Positions 37,443-47,505 of a stretch of 64,000 nt of DNA are shown here, one piece after another. The position numbers were made by a program, and so were the translations under genes. Origin of the DNA: an uncultured Actinomycetota bacterium. GTDB lineage: Bacteria; Actinomycetota; Actinomycetes; DATJPE01. Each line of letters begins with the position of its first letter. Position 1 is the stretch's first letter. The notes beneath the pieces were generated by a model. That model had not been told where the DNA came from. It was given only the letters and a program-made list of their open reading frames with translations, and did no database searches. Location of the stretch: assembly GCA_963819985.1 (NCBI GenBank), contig CAWFYH010000004.1, positions 397,422 to 461,421 of the forward strand, in the 5' to 3' direction.

Positions 37443-39032
37443 GTGACCGCGGGGCTGGCTGTGCAGGCGCCCGCGCAGGAGGAGATCTCCGAAGGCGAAC
37501 GGGCCGATCTGCGCAGACGGCTGTGCCCGCCCATGCCCGACGACGGGTGGTGGGGCTGGATCGGGCCGCTGTCTGTCACCTTGCTGGCGCTGTTCCTGCG
37601 GACCTTCCACCTCGGCCGCCCGCACGCGATCATCGTCGACGAGACGTACTACGTGAAGGACTCCCTGGGGCTGCTGCGTTTCGGCAGCGAGCAGGCAACC
37701 GTCCCCAACGCCGACAAGAAGATCCTCAACGGCAACCTCGACATCTTCACCGGCGCGCCCGGCTACGTCGTGCACCCGCCGTTCGGCAAGTGGGTCATCG
37801 CCTCAGGCGAGTGGCTCATCGGGGTGACCCCATGGGGCTGGCGTCTCCCCATGGCGCTGGTGGGCACCCTCAGCGTGCTCATCCTCGCTCGAGTCGTGCG
37901 CCGGATGACCCGATCGACCCTGCTCGGCACGACGGCCGGTCTGCTGCTCGCGATCGACGGGCTGCACCTGGTCATGAGCCGTTCGGCCTATCTCGACATC
38001 ACCTTGTCGCTGTGCGTGCTGGCCGCCTTCGGCTGCCTGGTCGTCGACCGCGATCGGGTGCGCGCACGAGCCCTCGCCTGGGCGGAGGCCCGCGGCGGGC
38101 TAGGCCACATGAAACACAGCGAAGACGGACCGTCCTTCGGATTTCGCCCCTGGCGGCTGGCCGCCGGAGTCGCCCTCGGTCTCGCGTGTGGCACGAAGTG
38201 GAGCGGGGTCTTCTACGTCGCCGCCTTCGGTCTGCTTCTCGTGTGGTGGGACTACCGAGCCCGAACGGCAGTGGGGATACGGCATCCGCTACTGGGCATG
38301 CTGAACCGGGACGCGATTCCAGACTTCTTCGCCGTCGCCATCACCGCAGTCTTCGTCTATGTCATGACCTGGTCGGGTTGGTTGCTCACGGACAAGGGCT
38401 ACGGCCGCGACTGGGCCGAAACCTCCGGCACGGACAGCTCGTTCGGCTTCGTCCCCAACGCCTTTCGCAGCCTGTGGCACTACCACGCGCAGATGTTGCA
38501 CACCTCAACCGGAATCACCGAGGGACATTCCTACGCCTCGCGCCCGTTCAGCTGGCTGATCCTCGGGCGCCCCGTCGCCTTCTTCTACGAAACCGAGCCC
38601 GGCTGCGGGTCCGACTCATGCGTCCAGACCGTCACTGCATTGGGCAACCCGATCCTGTGGTGGGCCTCGTGCCTCGCCCTGGTGTGGTGCATCTGGCTGG
38701 TCATCTCGCGTCACGACTGGCGCGCGGTGGGCGCCTTGGTCGGAGTCGCCGCAGGCTGGCTGCCGTGGTTCATCTACGGCGAACGCACCGTGTTCCAGCT
38801 CTATTCGGTCGTGTTCGTCCCGTTCCTCGTCATCGCCGTGGTCCTGTTGCTGGGGTCCGTCCTGGGTCCCGCTGACGCACCCCCGGCGAGACGAGCCTGG
38901 GGAGCGGCGATCGCGGGGGCGTACGTCGTTGCCGTCGTCTTGGTTTCCGGGATGTTCTGGCCGATCTGGACCGCGACGCCGATCTCCCACGACCACTGGA
39001 GCCACTTGATGTGGTTCCGCTCTTGGATCTGA
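37443..39032 (+). CDS. pmt: Polyprenyl-phosphate-mannose protein O-mannosyltransferase
   Basis: IVDETYY, VHPPFGKW, GTKWSG, HSYASRP, LGNPILWW. Confidence 0.92.
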   Translation: MTAGLAVQAPAQEEISEGERADLRRRLCPPMPDDGWWGWIGPLSVTLLALFLRTFHLGRPHAIIVDETYYVKDSLGLLRFGSEQATVPNADKKILNGNLDIFTGAPGYVVHPPFGKWVIASGEWLIGVTPWGWRLPMALVGTLSVLILARVVRRMTRSTLLGTTAGLLLAIDGLHLVMSRSAYLDITLSLCVLAAFGCLVVDRDRVRARALAWAEARGGLGHMKHSEDGPSFGFRPWRLAAGVALGLACGTKWSGVFYVAAFGLLLVWWDYRARTAVGIRHPLLGMLNRDAIPDFFAVAITAVFVYVMTWSGWLLTDKGYGRDWAETSGTDSSFGFVPNAFRSLWHYHAQMLHTSTGITEGHSYASRPFSWLILGRPVAFFYETEPGCGSDSCVQTVTALGNPILWWASCLALVWCIWLVISRHDWRAVGALVGVAAGWLPWFIYGERTVFQLYSVVFVPFLVIAVVLLLGSVLGPADAPPARRAWGAAIAGAYVVAVVLVSGMFWPIWTATPISHDHWSHLMWFRSWI

Positions 39033-39140
39033 CCGACGCACGTCAGCATCCGTCCCCTCGGCCAGCGCCGACAACCGGCTGCTGACGAAATTCGGGCTCG
39101 TGCGCTAACGTCGATTGGATTCGATGAAGGGTTTTCGATC

Positions 39141-39752
39141 ATGTGGATGATCGGGCGGGTGTGCGTCGGCGCAGTCTTCGCGATGACGATGGTGGCATGC
39201 GGGGGGAGCGGCAGCGACCCGTCACCACCCGAGGCCGATGATGCCGCCGCTGCAACCGATCCCTCCGGCGGTGCAGAAGATCCGACCGGTGGCAACGCGG
39301 ACGGCGGCGTAGGAGGCGGGTCCTACGGGACGTTCACCGTCGACGGGAACACAGTCCGGTATGCCATGTCCGGGCTCGAGTACTCCCAGGTCGAGGGCAT
39401 CGACGACACCACGCTCGAGAACTGTGATCCGAGTTTCTTCAACGCTGGGTTGGTCGCGATCGGGTACCCGGTCGATGAGAACGGCGAACTGGTGCTCGAC
39501 GACAAGGGTGCCATCGATGGCATCGTGGACCTGAAGCTCCCAAACGATCCAGCCAACACCGAGCTCATGGGTCTCGATGCGCGAATCGATTACGGCCCGA
39601 CCGGGCTCGATGCGAAGTACCACGACTACGGTGAGACCGGGGACACGGCGTATTCGATCGACGGCAACACGGCGAGCGGCACGATCGTGATGCTGGACAA
39701 CCGCCAGGAGCCCGTCGTCGTCGACTTCGAGGTCGTTTGCGCCGCAGCATGA
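39141..39752 (+). CDS. Acidic lipoprotein of unknown function
   Basis: Lipobox MVAC, Asp/Gly-rich linker, beta-rich domain with two Cys. Confidence 0.6.
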   Translation: MWMIGRVCVGAVFAMTMVACGGSGSDPSPPEADDAAAATDPSGGAEDPTGGNADGGVGGGSYGTFTVDGNTVRYAMSGLEYSQVEGIDDTTLENCDPSFFNAGLVAIGYPVDENGELVLDDKGAIDGIVDLKLPNDPANTELMGLDARIDYGPTGLDAKYHDYGETGDTAYSIDGNTASGTIVMLDNRQEPVVVDFEVVCAAA

Positions 39753-39767
39753 TGAAAGAAGCTCTTG

Positions 39768-39843
<76 letters not shown>

Positions 39844-39904
39844 AGAGTCGGTCAGGGTAACAGCGGCGGCACTGCCCGCCCGAATCGAGTCGATCCGACC
39901 GGCG

Positions 39905-40837
39905 TCAGTCGTTGACTGCCCGGCGACGTTCGATGACGAGCTCTCCCGTGACGATGCTGTCGCCTTCGGTCGGCTCATGCCGGACCGCTGTTGCCGACGA
40001 CCCCTCCGAGAGATGGATTGCTGCCTCGTAGGCGACGGCCTCTTCCTCGAGCCGCGCGGCTTCCTCCGCGTCCACGTGTCCCGAGGTCCAGAGGCCGGGC
40101 TTGGTCAGATCGATCACCCGGACGGATCGTGGCGCCTTCGGCGCGGTCACATAGGTGGGCAGGGGCACGGGCACCGGCGCCCACGCGCGCTCAGCCTCGG
40201 AGTCGTACGGCACGTCCGCGGGTGACTCAGCGGTGACTTCGGCGACCACCATCTCGGTCGGGGAAAGCACCTCGAGGTCCAACCCCGCCGAAGCCAGAGC
40301 CGTCTCCCACTCGGGCAGCAGTGGTTCGGCCCTTGGCAGGATGCGCTCGACCTCGACGTCGTGCACCCGCTGGCGCGAGGGCGGCCGCTGGCGGCGCGTC
40401 TCGGCTGCCGCGAACTGCGCACGACGACGGCGATCTCTCAGGAGCTGGGCTTGTGACTCGCGTCGCAGGTGAATCAGGAAGCCGATGAGCAGCACCACCG
40501 GAGCAAGGACGGCCCACACCGACACCATGCCCAAGGCGGCAAAGCCAGCGACCACCAAGGTGCCCGCGACCAGCAGGCTCAGCGAGCGCCGACGCCGGGC
40601 CGCGAGAACGGCCCGACCCTGGGCGGCGGCGCGCGCCGGCCCGTCGGCGTGCAGCGGCTCGCGCCCGCGTGCCGGCATCATCACCTCACGCTGATCGCCC
40701 GTCGACCGCCGAGAAAGGGTGCGCATGGCGGAGGAGAACCGGTCGACCGAACGTGACTCCAGGGCTTCGTCGTGGCGACGCAACCACATCGGCAGCAGGA
40801 TGCAGATCCACAGCCCGATGATCACCGCATAGAGCAC
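39905..40837 (-). CDS. Divisome protein SepX/GlpR family
   Basis: N-terminal TM followed by LPMWLRR, DRFSSAMRTL, ARRRR + TM, PVPVPLPTYV. Conserved position between tRNA-Ala and the rimJ-like gene. Confidence 0.75.
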   Translation of the reverse strand: MLYAVIIGLWICILLPMWLRRHDEALESRSVDRFSSAMRTLSRRSTGDQREVMMPARGREPLHADGPARAAAQGRAVLAARRRRSLSLLVAGTLVVAGFAALGMVSVWAVLAPVVLLIGFLIHLRRESQAQLLRDRRRRAQFAAAETRRQRPPSRQRVHDVEVERILPRAEPLLPEWETALASAGLDLEVLSPTEMVVAEVTAESPADVPYDSEAERAWAPVPVPLPTYVTAPKAPRSVRVIDLTKPGLWTSGHVDAEEAARLEEEAVAYEAAIHLSEGSSATAVRHEPTEGDSIVTGELVIERRRAVND

Positions 40838-40952
40838 GTCGACCCCCGATCCGTTGCGACGACGACGGATGCGATGCCCACGGTGAGTGACGGTACGGCT
40901 GCCGAGAGCCCCGATCGGGTAGCCACGCCGGAGTGTCGTGAGGGGACGCCCT

Positions 40953-41558
40953 TCAGGGGACGTGAGCGCGAGTGTGCACCCACCGACGCAGCAGGCCTCC
41001 TGGGACCTCTTCGGCGTGCAAGGCATAGGTGACGTGGTCTCGCCAAGCCCCATCGATGTGCAGGTAGGCCGGGCGTCGCCCTTCGAGGCGGAAGCCGAGC
41101 TTCTCCACCACCCGGCACGAGGCGACGTTCTCCGGTCGGATGTTGATCTCGACCCGGTGCAGCCCTAGGACCTGCCAGCAGTGGTCGGACGCCAGCGCCA
41201 CCGCGGTTGGGATGATGCCCCGCCCGGCCACCTGCTGGTCCACCCAGTAGCCGATGTGGGCTGCGCGCAGCGACCCCCAGCTGATTCCGCCGACCGTGAG
41301 CTGGCCCACGAGCCGACCTCGGTACTCCACGACGAACGGCAACGCACGGGAAGCCCGAGCCTCGGCGGAAAGGTGCCGCACCATGGCCGCGAACGAGGGC
41401 AAGGCATCGCCGGGTCCGTCCGGGCTGGTCGCGTCCCACGGGCTGAGCCAGCTGGCGTTGCGAGCGCGAACCTCGGTCCAGGGGCCGCGGTCACGCAGTC
41501 GGATCGGTCTGAGGTGGACCGATCCTTCGGTGAGTCGCGCCGGCCAGCCCCTGGTCAT
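40953..41558 (-). CDS. RimJ/RimL-type GNAT acetyltransferase
   Basis: AHIGYW, GRGI, LHRVEINIRPEN, EKLGF, WRDH. Confidence 0.9.
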   Translation of the reverse strand: MTRGWPARLTEGSVHLRPIRLRDRGPWTEVRARNASWLSPWDATSPDGPGDALPSFAAMVRHLSAEARASRALPFVVEYRGRLVGQLTVGGISWGSLRAAHIGYWVDQQVAGRGIIPTAVALASDHCWQVLGLHRVEINIRPENVASCRVVEKLGFRLEGRRPAYLHIDGAWRDHVTYALHAEEVPGGLLRRWVHTRAHVP

Positions 41559-42094
41559 GACGTGGTCGCGCCCGGTCCGTCGCCACTCCCGTCGGCTGGT
41601 CCGTCGCTGGGTCGGTCCAGCCGCGGATGGTCTCCGCCGCCGATCTGGTCGAGCAGGTGTGGCAGCAGGGGTCCGAGCACAGCCAGGCCGTCTCGCGCGG
41701 CTCCGGTGGAGCCGGCGAGATTGACGATCAGGGTGCGCCCTGCGAGGCCGACGACCCCACGAGACAGCACTGCAGTGGGGACGCCGTGCGCGACGCCGTA
41801 CGTGCGCAGCGCCTCGGCGATCCCTGGCGCCTCGCGGTCGATCACCCGACGGGTCATCTCAGGGGTGTGGTCGGTCGGGGACAAGCCCGTGCCTCCGCTG
41901 GTGACGATCAGGTCGACAAGGCCGACCGCGTCGCGGAGCACCGTCTCCACCGGCTCTCCGTCGGGGACCACCCGTGGTCCTTCGACCTCGAGATCAAGCC
42001 CGCGCAGGCCCTCGACCAGCAGCGGACCGCTCGTGTCGGCGTAGACACCGGCAGCGGCCCGGTTGGACACCGACACCACGAGCGCCCGTTTCAT
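41555..42094 (-). CDS. moaB: MogA/MoaB molybdopterin adenylyltransferase
   Basis: DTSGPLL, TSGGTGLSPTDHTPE, SRGVVG, NLAGS. Confidence 0.9.
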   Translation of the reverse strand: MKRALVVSVSNRAAAGVYADTSGPLLVEGLRGLDLEVEGPRVVPDGEPVETVLRDAVGLVDLIVTSGGTGLSPTDHTPEMTRRVIDREAPGIAEALRTYGVAHGVPTAVLSRGVVGLAGRTLIVNLAGSTGAARDGLAVLGPLLPHLLDQIGGGDHPRLDRPSDGPADGSGDGPGATTS

Positions 42095-42564
42095 GCTTCG
42101 CGCACCCACCGGCCGGTTGCCCCGCCGAGCTTCTCCTCGACCTGCACGTTCAAGATCGAGGCTGCCGCATCGACGCCCTTGACCATGTCGATGAGCGCCA
42201 GAGCCGCGACCGACACTGCCGTCAGGGCCTCCATCTCCACGCCGGTGCGGTCGGCCGTGCGGACGGTCGCCGTGATGGCGACGCCGTCGTCGGTCACATC
42301 CAGGGACACGTCGACGCCATGGATCGCGATGGGATGGCACAGGGGCACCAGGTCGGGGGTGCGCTTGGCGGCCTGGATACCGGCGATCCGCGCAACCGCC
42401 AAGGCGTCGCCCTTGGGCACACCGCCGCCTCGCAGCAACGCAACCACCTCGGCCGAGACATGCACGAAGCCGGTTGCCGTGGCCGATCTGGCGGAGATTT
42501 CCTTGTGCGAGACGTCGACCATCCGCGCCGAGCCGTCGCTCGCGAGGTGGGTGAACTCGCTCAC
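42091..42564 (-). CDS. moaC: Cyclic pyranopterin monophosphate synthase
   Basis: MVDVS, KGDAL, LVPLCH, TGVEMEALT, DMVK. Confidence 0.96.
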   Translation of the reverse strand: MSEFTHLASDGSARMVDVSHKEISARSATATGFVHVSAEVVALLRGGGVPKGDALAVARIAGIQAAKRTPDLVPLCHPIAIHGVDVSLDVTDDGVAITATVRTADRTGVEMEALTAVSVAALALIDMVKGVDAAASILNVQVEEKLGGATGRWVREA

Positions 42565-43784
42565 GTGAGACGCCGCTCCAGGACCATCACCTTGACCGTG
42601 CCACCTTCGGGAATCTCGGTGACGTCCTCGGGGACGACGATGAAGCAGTTGGAATATGCCAGGTCTCGCACCCGGTGGCTTCCCTGGCCCTCCAGCGGAC
42701 GTACGACATAGCGCCCATCCTCCACGCCGAGCGCACCGCGCGCGTACTGCCGCTTGCCCGCCGGTGAGCTGAAGCCGGTCAACGACGACGCCCGTACCTC
42801 AGGGCGGAAGATCGTCTTGGCACCCAGCAGGCGCCGGATCACGGGACGGACGAACACCTCGAAGGAGACGTACGCGCTCACCGGGTTGCCCGGAAGCGTG
42901 TAGATCGGCGTGCGATCCGGCCCGATGACCCCATGACCCTGCGGCATCCCCGGCTGCATCGAGATGCGGTCGAACTCCACCGTGCCCAACCGTGACATGA
43001 CCTCCTTGACCACGTCGTAGGCGCCGACACTCACCCCGCCCGTGGTGACCACCAGGTCGGCCCGGATGAGCTGGTCCTCGATCGCATCGATGAGCTTCTT
43101 CGGCTCGTCAGGAACGATGCCGATCCGAAAGGCGGTAGCGCCCGCCTCACGCGCCGCCGTCGTGATCAGGAAGGAGTTGGAGTCCCAGATTTGGCCACCC
43201 GCGGCCAGGGCGCCGGGCTCGACGAGCTCGCTGCCGGTCGACAGCACGACGACCCGAGGTTTGGGCCGCGCGAGGACGCGGTCACGCCCGATGGCGGCCA
43301 TCAGGCCGATCTGACGCGGGCCGAGGCGCGTCCCGATGGGCAGCACCACGTCACCGGCGATGAGGTCGTCCCCGCCACGACGCACATGGCGCCCCGGTGG
43401 CACCGACCCGTGGATTTGCACACTGGCGACGCCACCGTCGGTCAGCTCGACCTGCACCACCGCGTCGGCGCCGTCGGGGAGAGGCGCTCCGGTCATGATG
43501 CGCACAGCCGTGCCCGGCGCCAGCCGCTGAGCAGCTGGCGACCCAGCGGGTACGTCTCCGAGGACCGGCAACGTCACCGGTGTCGCGGGCGTGGCGCTGA
43601 CCACGTCGGCGCTGTGCACCGCGTAGCCATCCATCGCGGAGTTGTCGAACACGGGGAGGTTGGTCGCGGCCACGACGTCCTCGGCGAGCACGCAGCCTTG
43701 GGCGTCGAGCAGCTGCAGGTCGATCGGGGACAGCACGTCGATCCCGCGCAGGCAGGACTCGAGGTGTGCGTCGACGCTCTTCAT
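42561..43784 (-). CDS. moeA: Molybdopterin molybdotransferase
   Basis: SAMDGYA, RIMTGAP, STGSEL, DSNS, TTGGVS, LPGNPVS. Confidence 0.96.
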   Translation of the reverse strand: MKSVDAHLESCLRGIDVLSPIDLQLLDAQGCVLAEDVVAATNLPVFDNSAMDGYAVHSADVVSATPATPVTLPVLGDVPAGSPAAQRLAPGTAVRIMTGAPLPDGADAVVQVELTDGGVASVQIHGSVPPGRHVRRGGDDLIAGDVVLPIGTRLGPRQIGLMAAIGRDRVLARPKPRVVVLSTGSELVEPGALAAGGQIWDSNSFLITTAAREAGATAFRIGIVPDEPKKLIDAIEDQLIRADLVVTTGGVSVGAYDVVKEVMSRLGTVEFDRISMQPGMPQGHGVIGPDRTPIYTLPGNPVSAYVSFEVFVRPVIRRLLGAKTIFRPEVRASSLTGFSSPAGKRQYARGALGVEDGRYVVRPLEGQGSHRVRDLAYSNCFIVVPEDVTEIPEGGTVKVMVLERRLT

Positions 43785-44731
43785 CGGTGTTCCCCCAGGT
43801 CGTTCATTCGGCCTTTCGTAGGTGCGGAGCCCGTGCCCACGAAGTCGCGGAGCCAGGCCATCAGGTCCGGTCCGAGGTCCTCACGGTCGCACGCCAGACG
43901 CACCACGGCCTTGAGGTAGTCGAGACGATCTCCCGTGTCGTAACGGCGGCCGCGGAAAACCACGCCGTGGACCCCTCCACCGGAGCTCGCCGGCGCGCGC
44001 GCCGCGATCTGCAGCGCGTCGGTGATCTGGATCTCTCCGCCCTTGCCCGGTGCGGTGCCGCGGATGGCATCGAAGATGGACGGATCGAGGACGTAGCGGC
44101 CAATGACGGCCAGGTTGCTCGGCGCTTCGTCAGCCGCCGGTTTCTCCACGAGCTCGGTGACCCTCAAGACGGCGTCGGTGTCGGTCTGCTCCACCGCAAC
44201 GCAGCCGTACAGGTGGATCTGCTCGCGAGGAACCTCCATCAGAGCCAGCACCGAACCACCGTGCTGTTCACGGACGTCGATCATCGTCGTCAGCAGGGGG
44301 TCACGAGGGTCGATCAGGTCGTCCCCGAGGAGGACGGCAAAAGGGTGGTCGCCGACGTGCTGCTCGGCGCAGGCGATCGCATGGCCGAGCCCAAGCGGGT
44401 CACCTTGGCGCACGTAGTGGACCGCGGCCAGCTCCGAGCTGGCCTGCACCAGCTCCAGCTTGGCCCGGTCGCCCTTGGCCTCCAGGACCTGCTCGAGATC
44501 GGGCGCCCGGTCAAAGTGGTCCTCCAGGGCTCGCTTGCTGCGGCCGGTGACCATCAGGATGTTCGTCAGCCCTGCGGAGGCAGCTTCCTCGACGACGTAC
44601 TGGATGGCCGGTTTGTCGACGACCGGCAGCATCTCCTTGGGGGTGGCCTTCGTCGCCGGGAGGAAGCGGGTGCCCAGCCCGGCAGCCGGGATGACCGCCT
44701 TGGTGACGGAGGGGGCGGAGGGGACAGACAT
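43781..44731 (-). CDS. galU: UTP-glucose-1-phosphate uridylyltransferase
   Basis: KAVIPAAGLGTRFLPATKATPKEMLP, LGLGHA, VEKP. Confidence 0.97.
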   Translation of the reverse strand: MSVPSAPSVTKAVIPAAGLGTRFLPATKATPKEMLPVVDKPAIQYVVEEAASAGLTNILMVTGRSKRALEDHFDRAPDLEQVLEAKGDRAKLELVQASSELAAVHYVRQGDPLGLGHAIACAEQHVGDHPFAVLLGDDLIDPRDPLLTTMIDVREQHGGSVLALMEVPREQIHLYGCVAVEQTDTDAVLRVTELVEKPAADEAPSNLAVIGRYVLDPSIFDAIRGTAPGKGGEIQITDALQIAARAPASSGGGVHGVVFRGRRYDTGDRLDYLKAVVRLACDREDLGPDLMAWLRDFVGTGSAPTKGRMNDLGEHR

Positions 44732-44845
44732 GGCCTGAGCCTAACGGCGCCGGTTCGAAGATCCTGGCCCGGTGACCGCAGTCTGTGGGAATTGTTGCCC
44801 CGTTCGGGCGAGTGCAGACAGTCACGGACGGGGCACTATGTGTAC

Positions 44846-45439
44846 ATGGAGGTCGACGAGGCGAAGGCGTCGCTGCGGTCAGTGCTGCGGTCCCGGCGCC
44901 GGGCGATGTCGCCCGACGCGGTCCGGGAGGCTGCGGCCGGGCTGACCCGCGCCGTCCTGGCCCGGCCGGATGTGGCGAGGGCCTCCACGGTCGCGCTGTA
45001 TGTGTCGTACGGCTCCGAGCCCGGCACCAGCGCGCTGCGGGTCGCTTTGCGCGGCGCCGGCGTGCGCGTCTTGCTCCCCGTGCTGCTCGACGACGACGAC
45101 CTCGACTGGGCCGTCGACACCGGCGACGCCGACCTGTCGCACCCCTTGCGAGGACCGGCCACCCCTCGCGGGCCGCGGCTCGGGGTGCGGGCCATCGCCG
45201 AGGCCGACGTGGTGATCGTCCCCGGGCTTGCTGTGGATCGCGACGGTGTCCGGCTCGGGCAAGGCGGGGGGTCCTACGACCGGGCGCTGGTCCGGGTGCC
45301 GACCGGGACTCCGGTGCTCGTGCTCGTCCACGACGGCGAGGTGCTCGAGCGCGGAGCCGTACCCGCCGACCTGCACGACCGCCGAGTCACCGGCTGGATC
45401 GCACCGGCCGACGCTCCCGTGGAGCACCCCGCCCGCTGA
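44846..45439 (+). CDS. ygfA: 5-formyltetrahydrofolate cyclo-ligase
   Basis: SEPGT, IVPGLAVD, RLGQGGGSYDR, HDRRV. Confidence 0.9.
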   Translation: MEVDEAKASLRSVLRSRRRAMSPDAVREAAAGLTRAVLARPDVARASTVALYVSYGSEPGTSALRVALRGAGVRVLLPVLLDDDDLDWAVDTGDADLSHPLRGPATPRGPRLGVRAIAEADVVIVPGLAVDRDGVRLGQGGGSYDRALVRVPTGTPVLVLVHDGEVLERGAVPADLHDRRVTGWIAPADAPVEHPAR

Positions 45440-45446
45440 CCGGACG

Positions 45447-45821
45447 CTATTGGGGGTATGAGGGACAGCAGCCGACCTGATAGCCGAGTACGACGGCGAC
45501 TCCACCGAGGACGACGGTCGCCAAGAAGTACATCGTCGGGCGGCGACGCTCCCCGGCGGCGAACAATCGGTCGGTCTCGGTGGCCAACGTCGACCACGTG
45601 GTCAGTCCCCCACAGAACCCGGTGCCCACGAGTAGCAGCGCCGTGCCGCTCATCGCCGTAGCGGCCCAACCCAGGACGAAGCACCCGACGGTGTTGGCGA
45701 TCAGGGTGCCCACCGGCAGCAGGCGCGTGGGTCGGTGCCCGTGTCCGAGCGCGTGGGCCAGGGAGTAGCGCAGCGCCGCGCCGACCGCGCCGCCGAGCGC
45801 TACAGCGAGGACCCCGATCAT
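45447..45821 (-). CDS. crcB: Fluoride channel CrcB/Fluc, copy 2
   Basis: GGAVGAALRY, GTLIANTVGC, TGFCGGLTTWST. Confidence 0.92.
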   Translation of the reverse strand: MIGVLAVALGGAVGAALRYSLAHALGHGHRPTRLLPVGTLIANTVGCFVLGWAATAMSGTALLLVGTGFCGGLTTWSTLATETDRLFAAGERRRPTMYFLATVVLGGVAVVLGYQVGCCPSYPQ

Positions 45822-46270
45822 GCGTCGCCCTGCTCTTCGGCCGGGGTCAGGTGGTCACGGCGCTCACCCAGCCGCCGCCCGAGGTGGGCCGCGAGCAGGC
45901 ACGCCACGATCGAGGCGACCGCATAGACCGAGGCCGTCACTCCGTGGCCGTCATCGGTGAGGACCTTGACCTCCACGGCGTACGTCGAGAACGTCGTGAA
46001 CCCCCCGAGAATCCCGGCTCCGAGAAAGGCCCGTCGCATCGGGTCCTGGCCCGCCGGCGACCCCAGCAGGATGCCGAGCAGGAAGCAGCCCACGATGTTC
46101 ACGGCAAAGGTCCACCAGGGCCAGGCACCGGGGCTCGGCGTCCAGGCTTCCTCAACTCCCCAACGCGCCAGCGACCCCAAGGCGCCTCCGGCGGCACACG
46201 CGCCGATCAGCAGGGGCAAGGCAGGCAGGGGCGGGAGCGCCGGCGCCGAGGGCAGCCGGTCGGAGGTCAC
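45818..46270 (-). CDS. crcB: Fluoride channel CrcB/Fluc, copy 1
   Basis: GGALGSLAR, PWWTFAVNIVGC, GILGGFTTFS. -10-like TACGCT 6 nt before GTG suggests a leaderless mRNA. Confidence 0.92.
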   Translation of the reverse strand: MTSDRLPSAPALPPLPALPLLIGACAAGGALGSLARWGVEEAWTPSPGAWPWWTFAVNIVGCFLLGILLGSPAGQDPMRRAFLGAGILGGFTTFSTYAVEVKVLTDDGHGVTASVYAVASIVACLLAAHLGRRLGERRDHLTPAEEQGDA

Positions 46271-46324
46271 GAGCCGAGCGTAGGCCAGCCGACCGCCTCG
46301 GCCGGATTACCTCACCAGGAGCTG

Positions 46325-46400
46325 CCCGATCTGTTGATCTTGAGAGATCCACGCCCGGGGCGGCGTGTCGCCGTGGATCTCTCAAGATCAACAGATCGGG
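46325..46400. repeat. Perfect 29-bp inverted repeat (REP-like palindromic element)
   Basis: CCCGATCTGTTGATCTTGAGAGATCCACG (46325-46353), an 18-nt spacer, then the exact reverse complement (46372-46400). Confidence 0.9.
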
Positions 46401-46406
46401 TCAGGC

Positions 46407-47505
46407 TCACGGACCAGGAGCGCGGTCAAAGCTGGCGAGCTCCCGGCCCGATTCGTCCAGGAGGATCAGTCGACCGTCCGTGACCCGCACCAGCTTGGCG
46501 GCGTCGATGAGCTCCGCGATCGGGACCCTCCTGCAGGCCAAACCCCCAGAGGGCGCCAACCCCCCCGCGAGAAGGCAGCCGTCAGCATCCCCTTTGCCGA
46601 GATGACCGACGAAGCGCTCGGAGTCGTACACCCGGTACTTCCCGACCAGCTCGTTGAGCCCGTCGTTGGCCAGCAGGCTGCCGTCAGGCTGGAAGGTCAG
46701 ATTGCCCAGGCCCGGCACATCCGAGGCGTCAGCCGCCGGCCAAGGAACGTCTACGGGTGACCAGGTGCCGATGATTTCCCATGACTCCGTGGATTGACCC
46801 CAACGTCCGGTGGACAGGGCGTAGGCCACGTCCTTGCCGAGGCTGGTACGGCTCACGAAGTCACCGTTCGTCGTGCCGCTGCAAGCGTTCGGGTCGGTTG
46901 CAGTCGAGACCCACATGGTTCCAGAGGGATAGCTCAGACCCAGGAGGTAATTCGCTGCTGGACCGCCCACCTGCGTGCAGAAGGTGGGCTCGCCATCCGC
47001 GTACCAGGCTGGCATGCCCGCCAGCCGACCGGCGAGCTGGTCCAGCCCATCGCTGATGATCCTGCTCTGACCCAGCGGTGAGCCAACCGACGTACCCGCG
47101 CCGGTCGCGCCGCTATCGGCGTAAGAGCAGGCGATCACTCGGGACGGCACCTCTCGGGGGGCCATCGCCGTTGTCCCGTCAACTCCCGAAGGAGGCGTTG
47201 GTACCCAGCTGGCGAGGTCGGGGATTCCGAACACTGGAGTCGACGGAGTTGTGCCGCCCGGCGCTCCATACAGCTGCGGGCAGTCCAGCGCTGCCGGGGC
47301 TGCTGGCACGCGGATCTGGGCCGGCGTTCACCGAGTTCCACGCCCAGGGCACCGCCACGATCACGGCCACCACGGACGCCGCGGCGGCGATCGAGAGCCG
47401 TCGCCGGCGCCGTACGACTCGACCGCGCACCCGGTCCAGTCGATCGGTCGGCGAAGGCAGCTCGGGAGGCAGTGCCCGAAGACGTTCGATGAGGTCATCA
47501 GTCAT
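46407..47505 (-). pseudogene. Single-pass membrane (putative anti-sigma) protein split by a frameshift near 47310
   Basis: MTDDLIERLRAL...RRRRR-TM in one frame continues as VPAAPAALDC... in another frame; start overlaps the sigma stop. Confidence 0.55.

Noticed and set aside
46271-46324. Fluoride riboswitch upstream of crcB
   Set aside because: The GATGG-GTTC and CTGATG-C-CCTAC core is absent; TACGCT 6 nt before GTG fits a leaderless promoter instead.
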